Program-made: the position numbers and the translations under genes
Shown here: positions 36,870 through 50,500 of the stretch, one piece after another
How positions within the stretch are numbered: the first letter of the stretch is position 1
Layout: the number at the start of each line of letters is the position of its first letter
Source of the DNA: Phoronis australis
Lineage: Eukaryota > Animalia > Phoronida
Direction of reading: 5' to 3'
Assembly: GCA_002633005.1 (NCBI GenBank)
Contig: NMRA01000706.1
Span: 128,635 to 192,634, forward strand
Length of the DNA: 64,000 nucleotides
The notes under the pieces: generated by a model
What the model saw: the letters and a program-made list of their open reading frames with translations, nothing else
What the model was told of the DNA's origin: nothing
Database searches by the model: none

Positions 36870-37700
36870 CCCCATCAATCATCAGTAAGATGACGTCTTC
36901 ACAGCATGTTTCGGCCTTTGACTTGAACACGCTCAAACGATAGACCTCCGAAGTTGATCAGGCTCCGGTTTGACGGGGATTGTGCCACTCATTGGTCTTC
37001 TGCAACCACAACCGCTGCGGCTGGCACTGACTTCATCACAGACTTCCTTGAATTAGTTGAAATTCCCAGCATCCTTGACATCCTCCACATGCTTAATGCC
37101 CCCAAAACACCTCAAGTGGAAAACAGTAGCACCCCCCCATCCATTTCTCAAGGATCAGCTCGCTGTACTTCAAGGCTTTCCTCTCCTGGGCTTCCTGTAT
37201 CGTAGTTTTCCATACAACAGTTAATTCCACTAAGAATGCCTCCTTCGCTGTGTCTGACCACAAAATAATGTCAGGTTCTAAAGATGTTGAAGCTATATGG
37301 GTAGGAAATCTTCATTGTTTCCGAATATCTGCCTCCACGCACCAATCATTCGCCATAGATACGATCCCTCCTGCGTTAGTGATACCCCTCTTGCAGCCAT
37401 CTGCTGTAAAATCAATAAATTTATTCACTACTTTCCTCTTGGTTCTTCTCTATAGGTCTAGTGTGTGAGCAATTTCCTTGAATATACTTCAGCTCTGTCA
37501 GGGCGCCCTGCAACTGGACAGCGAGGATATGTTGTGGAAACTACTCCTTGCCACAAATGCTTCATCTTTCGCCAGCCTCCGTCTTCCATAACTTTAACTT
37601 GCTCCTCGTTGAAAAGGTGTCATACACTCAGCGTATTAATTCGATTCAAGGACAAGACGATCTCGCCACCTGGTAACTTAAAGAAGAGAAATGTTTCTTG
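36870..37700 (-). pseudogene. 3' fragment of a Hero-clade (restriction-like endonuclease) non-LTR retrotransposon
   Basis: Minus strand ~37347-37155 reads DWCVEADIRKQ*RFPTHIASTSLEPDIILWSDTAKEAFLVELTVVWKTTIQEAQERKALKYSEL, matching the (R)PD..E..RK..KY endonuclease motif of Hero elements. Decayed CCHC remnants (HIL..CPVA.GR) lie upstream and a short 3' UTR downstream. Confidence 0.82.
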
Positions 37701-38198
37701 GTGGAGCAGCACATGCTCCGTGACAGCGTGCATCGTAAATTTTTCAGTGACAAAGTAATTTTTTCATTAATTACTCTGTAGTCACATCTTTATCCAAAAA
37801 TATTGTGTGAATTCTTAGTTACGAAATTGAGCGCCATATACGAAATATATTGTCTCCAAATCTCGTCTAATCAACGACTGTACGCACTTTTGAACATGAA
37901 TGTGATATGTCATACATGTATGCGTTGGCCTACGGGTGAGGTGTACTCTTATGGGCAAAATGTTGATACAGTTATAGCCCATTTTTCCTCCAGAGTGTAA
38001 GATTACACAATATGCTACTGAAGAAGAGCGCAGGGTTTGGAACGGTTAGAGCATTCACTGATGGGTAACTGATCTCAGTCAGCATACATCGGACCCGAAT
38101 GATTTTGAAGACCCTCAATTCGATCAGCTGTTCAGTTTTTGTTCCGCGATTTGTTGCGCTTACTAATATTACTACTGATTCACACTGACCCGGATTAG

Positions 38199-38790
38199 TT
38201 ACACCATGTTAGTGTTTTAACATGTAATTAAAACTGCTAAAGCCCTTTCACTCTAACGTTGACATGTCGATGTTTTGTGGAGTTGCAGTCAGTATGGAGG
38301 GATAACTTCGGTTCTAAATCGAAGTTAACTGGGCCAGTTGTCTTCACAGTAGACAAGCGGAGCGTCGACGCTGCGGTGCAATATGAATGGTCAACTTCGA
38401 TTACATCGAAGAAGTTATTGTCAGCTGCATAGGGCCGCTGTTATCATCAACAATTACAGGGTAGTGGTCGTCGCTAACAGCTGCTCATATTTTACTCGAA
38501 TAGACATCAATCGAATTAGAAATAGGTTTTTGTGTCAATTAGCACAAGCCAATGTTCGCAAATCATCACATTAAAAAATCCTGGTGTGTAAGTGTTACAT
38601 CTGCCCTACGTTGCGATTACTTCGATGATAACATCGTCAGCTACAGTTAACTTAGACATCCAAAGCCAGCCAGTATAAATGGTTCAATTGACTTCGCAGT
38701 TCATGTTTACACTCTGCTCAGACAGGAATTTAGTACGAAAGGGCTTTTAGATCGATTTTAACTAGCAAAATAGTGTAGCGGTTGGTGTAA
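38199..38790. mobile_element. Old palindromic MITE-like element
   Basis: TTACACCA...TAAAGCCCTTTC...AAGTTAACTG...ATCGAAG on the left is mirrored by CTTCGAT...CAGTTAACTT...GAAAGGGCTTTTA...TGGTGTAA on the right. Confidence 0.55.
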
Positions 38791-39760
38791 AGAATTGTCA
38801 CGCGAGAGTGGGGGAGACGTTTGTAGGATGTGTTAGGGACTTTACCTGGCCATGCCAATAGCTTAATTAGAAAGCTCATATCCTTGTTGGTCGTACTGAG
38901 TACAGTGGGGGATTAAGTCTTGGTCAAGATGACTGTACTTGAGAATGTCGTATTAGTTTTGCTTTATTTTTTCCAGTTAGGAGAATACTGACCACCTACA
39001 CTGGCCCTGTAACCGTTAGTTGATCTTTCTTATTCCATTTAGTTTTAAAAGAAAGAATAGGTGTGCTAAACTCATTCAGTTATTGATGGCCACTTTTCTC
39101 TGTATTTCCATCTGAGACTGTGCATATTAGGACAAAATGGCTACTTGCAGTCTGCATGGTCCAGGCACATTACTTGAAATCACAACCTCAAAAAATTAGC
39201 ACGTCAAATTACGTGATTGGAGTGCAATTCTTTATGTTTGCTCATGTAATGGAATTGCTCAATTTTCGATTTGTGTATCGAATACAAAGGTTAGGCTATG
39301 GGCTCTAAAATAAGCCTGAATTTTCATCAGTTATAAGTCTCTTAAGTCGCTGTCAATTTAGAATGATGCTGTCTCTGTCAGCTACAAATTTTGCCTTCTG
39401 ATAATTAAATCGAAATTGTTTAAAGCATAAAGGTGTGACAAATTGACTGAAAGTGCGTTCTTAAATCTTGTGATTTCTCCTGGTAAAATGATTTAAATTG
39501 ATTATAAACCCTCCTTCGTCATCTGTACTTTCAGAAGGAGTGGTTTAGACAACCCCCCTCTACAAACTTCTTTGCATGAGTTCCAGACTGGTCATCTCGT
39601 GAAGAAACCTTGAGGTATTGTTTCATTTATTTCCTTAATATCTCATGGAGTGACATTTCACTTTTTATTCAACTCACAACTCACAATCCTAACCAAAGAT
39701 ATCGCTGTTTCGTTTACAGTATTTAAAAATGCCTTGTTTAAACCGTGTTCAATTTCTATT

Positions 39761-42179
39761 CAGGGATTCACTCAGGATTTCGAAAATAGGGTGTCCAAAA
39801 TGGGGTTCCCAATATTTCGGAGTGTCCGTGATCCCGACAACGCATTACCCCTACCATCGTACACCAGCAATCCCTCACTAGAGAATTATGACATATAGAA
39901 ATACTTGCGAGTTATTTTCTACCCACACAGTGATTTTATTACAAAAATACGTAGATCAAAGCGTTTTCATCTGCGTTTTCAAAATAACTCCCTGTAGCGA
40001 GCTTTTATTACTAAAAAACTGCTTGGACCTAGACTTTTACACCTAAACTTTTGAATACAGCCAAGCATCTTACCAGACAAATATTAGAGATATTTTTATG
40101 AATGAGTGCACTTCTCAGATGATGGTGTCACTGCTGTTCTATGTTAAAACATGAAAATGCACATTGAAATGCACGAAACAGTGTTTCATTTGAGTTATTT
40201 ATATTACGTTTGAGTAAACCCTACTTCAGTGTGATGTTTTTATTCTAATGTATCAGTGCTTTGGAGGATGTCCAGTTGAGCAAAGAACAGTTGTAATGTA
40301 ACTAATTTGCATGTGAAAATTTTCAACTCGCTCACAACTTTACTATAAATGCAAGCTAACTCCAACTGCTTGTTGAAATTCTGTGCATCATTTTTGATGT
40401 GGGGAGCAATCACAATTTCTAAAAACCTTATTTTGAAAATTTTCCCTTTTACGATTCCATCTGCCAATTCAATGTCACTGTTACAGATTCATATATAAAC
40501 GTCTGATTTTGCAGTGTATAGGCCTCAGAATAAATTTTAAACTGGATGTCTTCTTACAAATGCCACTATTGTCATCTTGCAGGGATTCAGACCTGTTGTT
40601 CACCCTTGTCCTTATCTTTTTTGTCACCTGCATCTTCACAATCTTGATCAAAGGTTTGTGTCTGCTCTTGTAAAGACTCTATGCTCTATTGGAATTTAAA
40701 GTAGATAATAAAGACATGCCTTTTGTCACGAAAACTAACTGTTCATTTAGAATTTGTGTCAATAGTATGATATTGATCTCGAATTGTTCCTTGATAAAAA
40801 TAGGTGAGAATTTTGGGCTCAAAAATCTCCATTAATTTGTTACTACTTAAGAGTTTCTTTAGTTTGACGTGTCACAGCATGACATTTCATTCACCTGACA
40901 TGGTCACAACCATAATGAACTGACGGTTCTTTGCAAGAACAAAAATCATCTGAATGAGGAAAGCGGTTAAAATCAAAAGTTAAGTTGCGTGGATAACAGA
41001 GTTTATAGCTGCAGTAATTTTTCTGTGGAAATGCAACTCTGTTGTCTCTCAATTTAGGTTTATTATTGCTTGTTAAAAGACGATGATAGTATGACCAATG
41101 TTTGGGCTTGATAAAACAGCTGCGTTGTAACATATTCATACAACGGCTGCGGAGTAGCACTTGGGACATAACCATGTTGCCACGAGTTAAATTTCCAGTC
41201 TTAGAACTCTAGCATCCACTTAAACCATAAAGTGTTTTGCAATGCAATCAAAATTTATGATGCAATGAAGATTTATACAAAGAATCAAATAGCAATACGT
41301 GCATTACTTCTTACACCATCTTTCTAACTTGTAACCTCATACACTTGTTGATACTAGTATTCAGTTGGTGACATAGATGCAGTTATCATTACTTATACCC
41401 AATGGTGATTTTCTTTGCACTGTATCTTTGGTTTTAGTGTTTCAGTGCTCAATTGTATTTTAACTTTTCACAATATTTTACACTTATAGGCTACATAGGT
41501 ACTTCAGTGAGAATATGTAACTAAAAGGAATGTAGAAGTCAAAATGGCGCAATCAGACGACATGGCGAAAAGCGAACGTCTGGCGATGGATCGTCCGATT
41601 CAGTTCATCATTACAGTAGTTTAACGATGTAATTAGGCCGGCGAAAAGTAAAAAAATAGTGCTAAGTGTGAAAATTCAACTCACCCTGACTCTTTTCCTG
41701 CATCTCTCACGAGGCTCCATATCTGTTTTCGCTGTAATAATTTCCGCGGTGGTAGAAGCAATATTTCAAGAGCGCGCGTGGTGAAAGTGAAGCTCTCGTT
41801 GATCTCGCGAGATAGTTTTACGCAACCCTTACCCATTGTTCATTTGAACCGGCGACTCCTGAATAAGGGCCCAAGGCGTATATTTCAAAGAACTCGGTTT
41901 GGTATTGCAACTGGAAATTTCGATACAGGAATATTTTCTTCACAAATCAATACAACATTCACAGTCTATGCCAGCACAGGTATAAAATTATATCAGGTAC
42001 GGTTTTGATTTCATTCCCTATTCAACCCCACAATCGTTGGAGCTTATACTGGGGTTTTATGCAGAAAAATACGAAAGCTTTTGTAACGTTAGGCTGAAAG
42101 ATCAAGTTGTTGAAGCAGTAACTGTACGTGCTAGAGCGTTAGCAGTACGTACTGGACACCCTTTCAGAGCGTAACTGTG
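39761..42179. mobile_element. Possible highly decayed hAT-like element
   Basis: Left end CAGGGATTCACTCAGGATTTCGAAAATAGGGTGTCC with repeated GTGTCC; possible right end GGACACCCTTTCAGAGCGTAACTGTG. No convincing transposase translation or TSD. Confidence 0.3.
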
Positions 42180-43639
42180 CACAACTTTTTTTTGGTTTAA
42201 GCAAGTAACTGCGTAAGGAACGGGTGGTTGCTCCGGGTTGTCTTTGTGACCACTGAGGCAAATTTTGAAAGATGCAACTAGCTAAAAATATTGAAGATGC
42301 ATTGTGTTCCTTTTAGCCTGAAAATCATGTACTAAAACATAAAATTTTCTCAATTAGCATCGTGGCATGAAGAGTGTTGGATCTTGTCTTAAATTTATGG
42401 CATTTCGAAGCCGTGGCAATGCTATATATTAACATTGATGGTTTTCCAGGTTTTAGTAGTGAACTTACACCTTTTGTTTTGAGTGCTGCTTGCACACAAT
42501 GAGGGTTGCATGCATGTGTGAGTGGCCATCTTTCCAAGCTATTTTGAATGGTGAAAATAAATTCTGGGGGGAAAGGCTATTTATGGAAAATATAATTCTT
42601 GTGTTTACGGATTAAGTTGCATATAATTGTAATGTTTACAGGCATTTTTATCAAGTGGAAACGAGGGGGACCAACCATCAGTCTGGCTGCCCACGCCTTT
42701 GCCAAAGATCCATAAGTCGAATCAGTTTCTCACTGCTGCATCTGATGGAAGAGTCAACCCTGTTAGTACCCAGCTTCTAACTGACATCGATGAATTTGCC
42801 GAAAGGTCCTAGCGATATTACAAACAAAAAGCCAGCAAAGCATTATCTGTAACACATGATTGCATTGCTCTTGGTCATAGTGATATTCTGAAGAATGTCT
42901 CTCACCTCAGCAGATTAAATATTTTCCCGTTTAGCAGCACTCGGTCGTTCTGGAAATCTCTCACAGTTTGATGCCTTTGGAATGAAAAGAGTCGCTGAGG
43001 AAGACCCTCGATTTGAACTGTGACAAAAGATTATTGAGTCAATGGAATTGACGCAGTAGCGCATTTCATGTATAAAAGACTCAGAGACATTTGAAATACA
43101 GTATGTCAAAAGTAGTCAGACAAAATGCTATTTCCATTTCGTGACGCGTCATCTGTGCTGATTAAAAATATCACATTGTACAACTAATTTGCTCGCATTT
43201 TGTAAATGTGACCACAATTGTTCTTCTCTATTTACTTGATTTAAGGCGTGTAATTTGCCTGTGTCTTATATTAGCCTCAATGTAGTATTACTATTCTCTA
43301 AACTACTTTGGTGCTTGTTTAATGTGTGGCTATCTTATTATCGTTTTGCTACATAAGTGCAGTATAACCTGCTCTGCTGCATCTCAATTTCTAATACAAT
43401 AAACAATAATTTTTAAATTTTGCCAAACTTTGTTCCAAAATCTTTTTGCAAGATTACCCAAGTTCACCTATATGCAGTCTGAATGGTTGTGTACTTTATT
43501 TTCGTTTTGCTGCATATGCATTGTCTTATGATTTTTCGATGAAATAGCTGACACTACATGTATTAGTCTGGAGACTTCTGAATTTTTGGAGTCTGACTGA
43601 TGGTAAGCATCAAACACCATTGCGTTGGGGGGCAGGGCA

Positions 43640-43900
43640 CACAATTTCGCCACATCCGAGCGCCCATCCTAAAATATAGTGATGCAGGGGTCTCGAATTT
43701 TTGGGTTTGTGGACCTTATTACAAAAAAAATCCGGTAAACGGGGTTTGTTCAAGAACAATGCATTGTGCATTCGCCACCGGAGCCCCCTTGGGTGCACGC
43801 ATATGCTAGTCAGCAATTCGCACCCCGAAATGACAAATGGTATCTGGGAGAATTTTAGGGGGGCATGGCCCCCTTGGCCCCCACCCGAAATCTGCCATTG
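43640..43900 (-). mobile_element. Longer member of the CA(A/G)TGGCGGATTT MITE family
   Basis: Terminus CAATGGCAGATTTCGGGTGGGGGCC on the minus strand. The interior is the reverse complement of 62604-62852 (AAACCCAA.AATTC.AGACCCCTGCATC). Confidence 0.65.
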
Positions 43901-46900
43901 AAACTGTGATAGATGCAAAAACATCTGAACTGATTTTTCTGCTATCTTGCGTGTGAAATACTCGGTTTACTGTGTTTTTTATGAAAATGTCTGAGAACCT
44001 TCCGCAAATACATCTATGCGTTGTGGGTAAAAACTAAAAAAACATTGGTATCCATAATGCGAGAATATTCAGACATCCATATGCACATCTGGGCGTGTGC
44101 TGTTCGGGGACTTTCTGAATGACAAGGGTAAGAAAAGTTATTCAACAACGCCAATTTCACCGGTATTCGATTTTTCTTATAAGATCAGCTTTTCTAACCA
44201 CATTTCACAGCATCTAGCCCATACCATTTCAATATATCTATTTTTTATGACTAACTACTTTGCTGTCTGATTTGTTCGGGTTTGATGATATACACTGCAT
44301 GGAGATGCAGTTGTCTCCTTCCGGCCCAATTCACCTATTATTGTTTTTTATGAAATTCGTTGAATTGAGATGCGTCGGGACAAGATCGATCGACTTCGAG
44401 AAAATTAGAAAACTAAATTTCAATCAGACCCACATATTAAAATTTCAGAATTCAAGTTCGCAGTTATGTATAACTGAAGACTTACTTTATAGATTTTTTA
44501 CTCAACCATAATGCATTTTGAAACGGTGAGTATATGCACATGCTATTGGCAGCTTTATCGTCAGGGTCAAAGGAAACCAATGTGCTTTGTTGTGCTTCTC
44601 ATTCTTTTCTGTAAAGTAACAAAATTAAAGCTCTCTTGATATGTTCGATCGCCTATTTTAAGATTTCAAAACTGTATTTTGAATCCTCACATACATTTGA
44701 TACTATGCAGACATTGGCCAGTTGTACAATTTTAGTGAGGTACCCTATTTCTAGAGCCCAATGCAGTATGAAGAAGTGTGATTGCCTAAACTTTTTTTTC
44801 GTTTTATTTTGTAGAGCTAAGATCAATCTAAACACTGGTTGTAGTATTGTTGTTTTAAATTTGGCTTTAGCTGAGATATTGAGGCAGGAAGTAGGGCAAT
44901 TTTCAACATTTCGGAATCACCACAAACTAGCTAAACTTGTAGCCTTCAAAGACAGCTAAGTTGTAACTGAAACCGTGATGTTTTCTCTGACTGTCAAGTT
45001 GAAAATCACCTTAATTCAGCGATAAACTTGAAGTGTTTCATTTTTCACTATTGTTCTCAAGGTAAGTTCGCAAAAAGTTCCAAAATGTAGCTGTAACGAA
45101 GCTTGGAATTGGCAGAAAAACAACACGTTCCCATAGCAACCACAAGGTGGCACACGCAAAAAAAATTAATGTGGGTATGAAGGTTGGGGTATCAACCCCT
45201 ACCATCATGCAAACAATCGAGGAAATCCGTGACTTAGCCGTTATCACTTCTTGCCTGGTCCATTCGTGGACGTCTTCATCCGATTTTCAGTATGAAACTT
45301 AGAAATGGTATTGGGCATAAAATTTGTTTATTAGTACCACAAAGAAATTACATTCATCTGAGTACTAAGTAGTATACAAAACAAATATATGCATTAGACA
45401 CATAAAATACTGTGCCTGAGTAAATAACATAATTTGTTTGACTGCAAGCAAAGTAGATAAAGCGGTACGATTTGTGACATAACCTTGCATTGCAAAAATA
45501 TGTTGGGGTAGGCACCTTTTGTTGTAGTTGGTACCTTGTCGAAGGCCAGCACATCATTACAGTAGACTCTTGTCAATTCCTCATTTATGACGGAGAAACC
45601 AAAAGCCCTGAATCAAAAATAAAAATAAAATTTTCTGCATAGCCATGTACAAGAGAAAAAAAATCCATCATTAGCTAGAGTACTCCAAAAGCTGAATACC
45701 TTATAGATTGCGAACAAGGGGATGGGGGCAGAAATGTTTTTGGATTGATATTCATTTGGTCACATGATGTGACCAAAAGGATGGCGTGCTGACGGGACAA
45801 ACTGTTCGCGACATTTTGCCATGCCTTACTGAAAAAGATAGATATATTTATCCATACCTTATAGAATGTACTGTTGGCACTCCATTGTTATGGCTATTTT
45901 GGTATTTATACTTAAACTTCAGATAAACAATAAACAAAACTCAAATAAGGGATGCGTTAAATTGTATTTTGTTTAGCTTGAATAAAACCGGACCTTATTA
46001 TGAACCTGCCAATAATCCATAGATAGTCTTTAATGAATATTCATGTCACAGGCATACTGTCAGGGCCGAAATAATGTTTCCACTTCACAATTGCCAAGTG
46101 AAGGTTTAGTCCAGTTATCATTAATACCTAATAGCCTGGAAAACTTTTTTCACATTTTCTCAATAACTAACCCTTATGAGCATATTTTCAGATAGTTTAT
46201 TTGCTAAATTGAGTTTTGGGTATTTGTCTGAAACATGTATGTTGAGTGCAAGACCAAATCTCTGTAGCTAGAACTTTGGAAGGAAAATGATAATAAAAGA
46301 TTATTCCAAGTGTCATGTCAGCAGTGTTTTCTTTCACAGAATAATGAGTAATGAGGGTGCTTAACTGGATCCTTTATAAGAAATATTCACAGGCATACTA
46401 TGAGCTAAATACAGGTGACAGGTTGCTTCTTGTAGATCTTTTCAGTGTAGTGGACACTCCTCAGCATCTGCCACAGGTACACCCTGATGACAATCACAGC
46501 TGGTGATACCCACCACCCCAGAGTATGAACACATCAAGTTGAATATAATGCCCTCATCCTCAGATATACCTACAAATGTATACGAGGCTGAAAAAATCAA
46601 ACCACAACATGAAGGGGGAGGTTGTTGAATATTACATTCTTGTTGGTGTCAGCATAGCTGCAAACTGGTTGTTGTTCTTCAAAAAAACAGTGGTCTGTTA
46701 TCAATGAAGTTTTAAGACAGTATAGTTTTCAGCATTTCATGTGGCATACTTTAGTGATACATAGCAAATGCATTTTGTTACAGGTTCTCAGTTTTGTTAC
46801 CTACACCTGTATTAAACTTGTGTGATTACTGATGAAAGAAAACAATAGTAATGACCTGATAACACATAAGCTATGTAGAATCGGTTCTGTTGCGTTAAGA

Positions 46901-47519
46901 AACGAGAGTGTTTCTTGTCTTGAATTCCAAGCATACCTTCATTTGAAGAGACCGAACATCAATTACCACCTAAGCCTATTCCTATGCACATGGCTCAGTA
47001 CTCTAATCATGTTGTAATGGTTGCTTGAGTATTGTTGTTATTGTTGGTGAAGTGGTGATGCACATTACGATGAACTTTTAAAAGCATAGTAATCATATAA
47101 AATGCCAATCTGAGCAGTAAATAGATAACATTTATCAATACATTCCATAAGATACACATTTTCGCAAAAGTGTAAGTGTACCTGAAATTGAAACTTCAGT
47201 GTTCTAGCTGTTTCCAGACTAATTAAGTTAAGTTCCTGTGTTAACTTGCCAATACTGATGCTAGGAGTCTGTAACAGCTGACATTCAAGGACAGGTGACG
47301 TTCGAAGCACTCTTTAGGCCCTTTGCTATGTAAATTGATACATTGTGTTCTTGATAAAGTGAGTTTACGAGGGCCTAGTAGCACACTCAAATTCCAAGAA
47401 AGGGTACATAAGTTAAAAGCAAGCACTGTCAATAACCTTCCTCTGTCCCTAGCCCTTTATTTACAAAGTCGAGACCATACCACTGATAATACATGATGTA
47501 ACCTGCTCGACCTCTATTA

Positions 47520-50500
47520 TAGTCTAGACGCATTTCCTGAAAAGAGCCCTGTATAAAGTTCTAGAAGCATTTTTTTAGTAAAAGTTGGGAACACGACTTT
47601 TTCACACAATCAAGGTATGGCAAATTCAACTAACCCTGTTCCCAAGCCGAATTTTGCATTTTGACCATCTAATTTGCATAAACAAAATGGGGGCCAAACT
47701 GTCAAGTTCAGATGTATTTTTGTAATAGAAATAGCCATATACCATTTAAAATGGTGAAATGTCTCACCTGTACACTTCTTATAAATACTTCTTGAGCAAT
47801 ACATCACTTATGAAAACTAAAAAATGCAACTCTGAAAACTAATTATGCAAATTGGGTGCCGCCATTAGCATACAATGTTATTTGCGTCTTACGTTTGTGT
47901 TCCTGCAGGCTAACTTGAAAAATGAGGTGTTTATACTTATGCTTTTGTGGTCAACAAAAATGCAATTGAGTAATTTATTTAATATTTATTGGGTTATACA
48001 TGTAGATGTACATGTATACTTACAGAATGTGGAAAAAATAGTCTTTAATCTGCAATGCTCGTTAAGCAAGGTGTCACTATTTTGATGGAATATAGGACAA
48101 ATGTTCACACTATCCCCTTACCTTCCATTCATAAAAAATCAATAGAGTTATTGTTATTGAAGACATTAGATTCTCAGTTGCATGAATAGTTTTCAGGCCT
48201 GCTGAACATAGTTTTAGCATTCACTTTTTGGTACTTTTTAACATGCCTGAAGCCAGGCAAATCAAACTGTTTGCATACAAGGAATCTGATCATGAATGTG
48301 CTGCTGGCATGTGCATAATGGTATGCATTGAAATCCAGATTTCTTGCATTCGCATTGTCTGCTGTTGCGTTGTTTCTGGCATGCACACAATACCATCTCT
48401 AGGCAGCTGTCTGGGATAGAACTCTGTGTCATCAGTATGGGCTGCAAGCATAAGTTTGTGTGTCCCTCCCATATCAGAGGGTGCTGGGAGCTCAGGTATG
48501 GAACAATGATCATTTTGCCATACCTTGACTAGATAGTGCACTCTCATCAGATGGTAACGACGGGCATTGCGTTGGGGGAAGAACTTCTGGGTTCACGGGC
48601 TTGGAGAATAGTAAATGGCGTGCTACATCTACAGGTCTGTTCTGGTCGTGTTGTATATTCTGCAGACAAATACTTCTGAAGCCATCGTAATTTGCTCAGT
48701 GAGTTCACCAATGCAGGGGTTCTTAAGCAATCTGTGATGCTCTAGGAACACCTTCCATGTTGATTGTTTCATGTGATTGGCAAAGTACGAGTTGGTTCCA
48801 AACCCAGTCATGGCATGAATAGCAAACAAGGATGTTGCTGAGTCTCGTAGTAGTTTGTTGAAAAGTGCTTCAATAGGTATATATCGTCATTTATTTGATG
48901 CGCCTGACATCATACAGATATGCTCACTTTGCATTTGTTGGAAGTGCGATACCAGAAGCAGTAGAACATCGGGTGTCCCTGGAAAACACGACGGCCCGTG
49001 GACAGCATGCAAGACCAATCTTGCATCTGTTTCTTCATGTGTGGATTTCAGAGTCCTCAAATCAGTTATATCCTTAGATGATTTAATTTACTTCCATCTC
49101 ATTCTTAACCCTCCTGCAACCATAACCTTTTATCGTCAGGTGTCTACAAACACAGTTTCTCTGACAAGAAATGTGCTAGGTCTGCTTTATTCTTAGCCAG
49201 TGCCCGAAAATTTGACCAGTTTTGAGGACGAGGTACACCACGACCTTCCAAAAATTACCACCTGATTTGCTGTGTTCCTATACTGCGCTGTTTTCCTGTT
49301 GTGACCTTCATAGTTTCTTGTCCGTATGCGTCAAATACATGTACAATGTCAATTTTATGATATCGAAACAGCACAGGCTGTTTTCATGAATGAATCAGCC
49401 AGGTTCTCGAAGGTCACATCACCATCAGGCTTCCCAAGAGCTACCAGCAATGAAGTTGAATCGTTTTAGCACAGTCGATGTGTTAACTATTAATACTCCG
49501 GCAAGTCAAGATTTATCTCCAGTGCGCAATGTGCCACTCGTTTCTGTAACAAACTATGGACTGGAAGAAGCTCGCGTTTGAGCAAGACGGCAAATCAACT
49601 GGCCTCATAAGCCGAAGGCAGCGAAGTACATCCCTATCTGCCTTAAGAACTACTTTCTTGTCTTTGTCTTTGGTTTGTTTCACCAAATCATATCAGTTGG
49701 CAAATGTTGGGGAATTATTTTTGCGCATAGGCGCGTGAATTGACATGTCTAAATTATCGCATTGCTCAGTGATAATCGGTCTCAAACAAATTTCTTAATA
49801 TGTTCGTGACCAAGTTCCTTGGCATGCAAAAGTGACTCTTGGATTAGTACTGTTGCTAGATCTTTTGTTGCAAGGTTTTGTAGCAGCTAAGGCCTTTTGG
49901 ACGAGAAGGCATTCAATCCATGGAATGCGTAAAGAAGGGAACTCTTGGAAGCTGCCACGTGGCTTCGTTATGAAACTATGTACTCCCACAGCAGTAAGTT
50001 TGTTCAGCTATTTGAGATTTCAGATTAAATGAGAGTGTCCACCTCCATAGAGCTGACGAGGTTTTGGTATTATAATTACCGATGATAACACCTCCTTTTT
50101 GCCTGCCCCATTTACCCACTGGTCAGAATCTAGCTGACAGAGCATATGAGGAGATCGCTTGACTACAAAATTTCCTGCTTGAAACTCTTACCAAACAGTA
50201 TGTGGAAACTGATGCATCTCGGCTAAAAAGACCGCACCCCACTCGGGCATAAATCGGTGGGGCAGCACGAGAGTAAATGAATAGAGATGCAGTTCCAAAA
50301 TACCATCCCGTTGAGAGCATTGTGTACTTTAACAATGTAGGAACCATGTACATGTAACTCCACCAGAAACTGAAATTCACATCATCAGAACTACTGTTGC
50401 CAAAATGCCCAGGAGTCTCCTGAACTTATTCTAATTGAGAAATGTTATCAACTACGGAATTTTCTGTGGATCATCATCTGCAGACATACTGGTAATACAA

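Noticed and set aside
42690-42780. LTLPSDAAV on the minus strand resembling a hAT dimerisation motif
   Set aside because: The ER.FS continuation is not recoverable and it lies outside the candidate hAT ends. Too weak to call.
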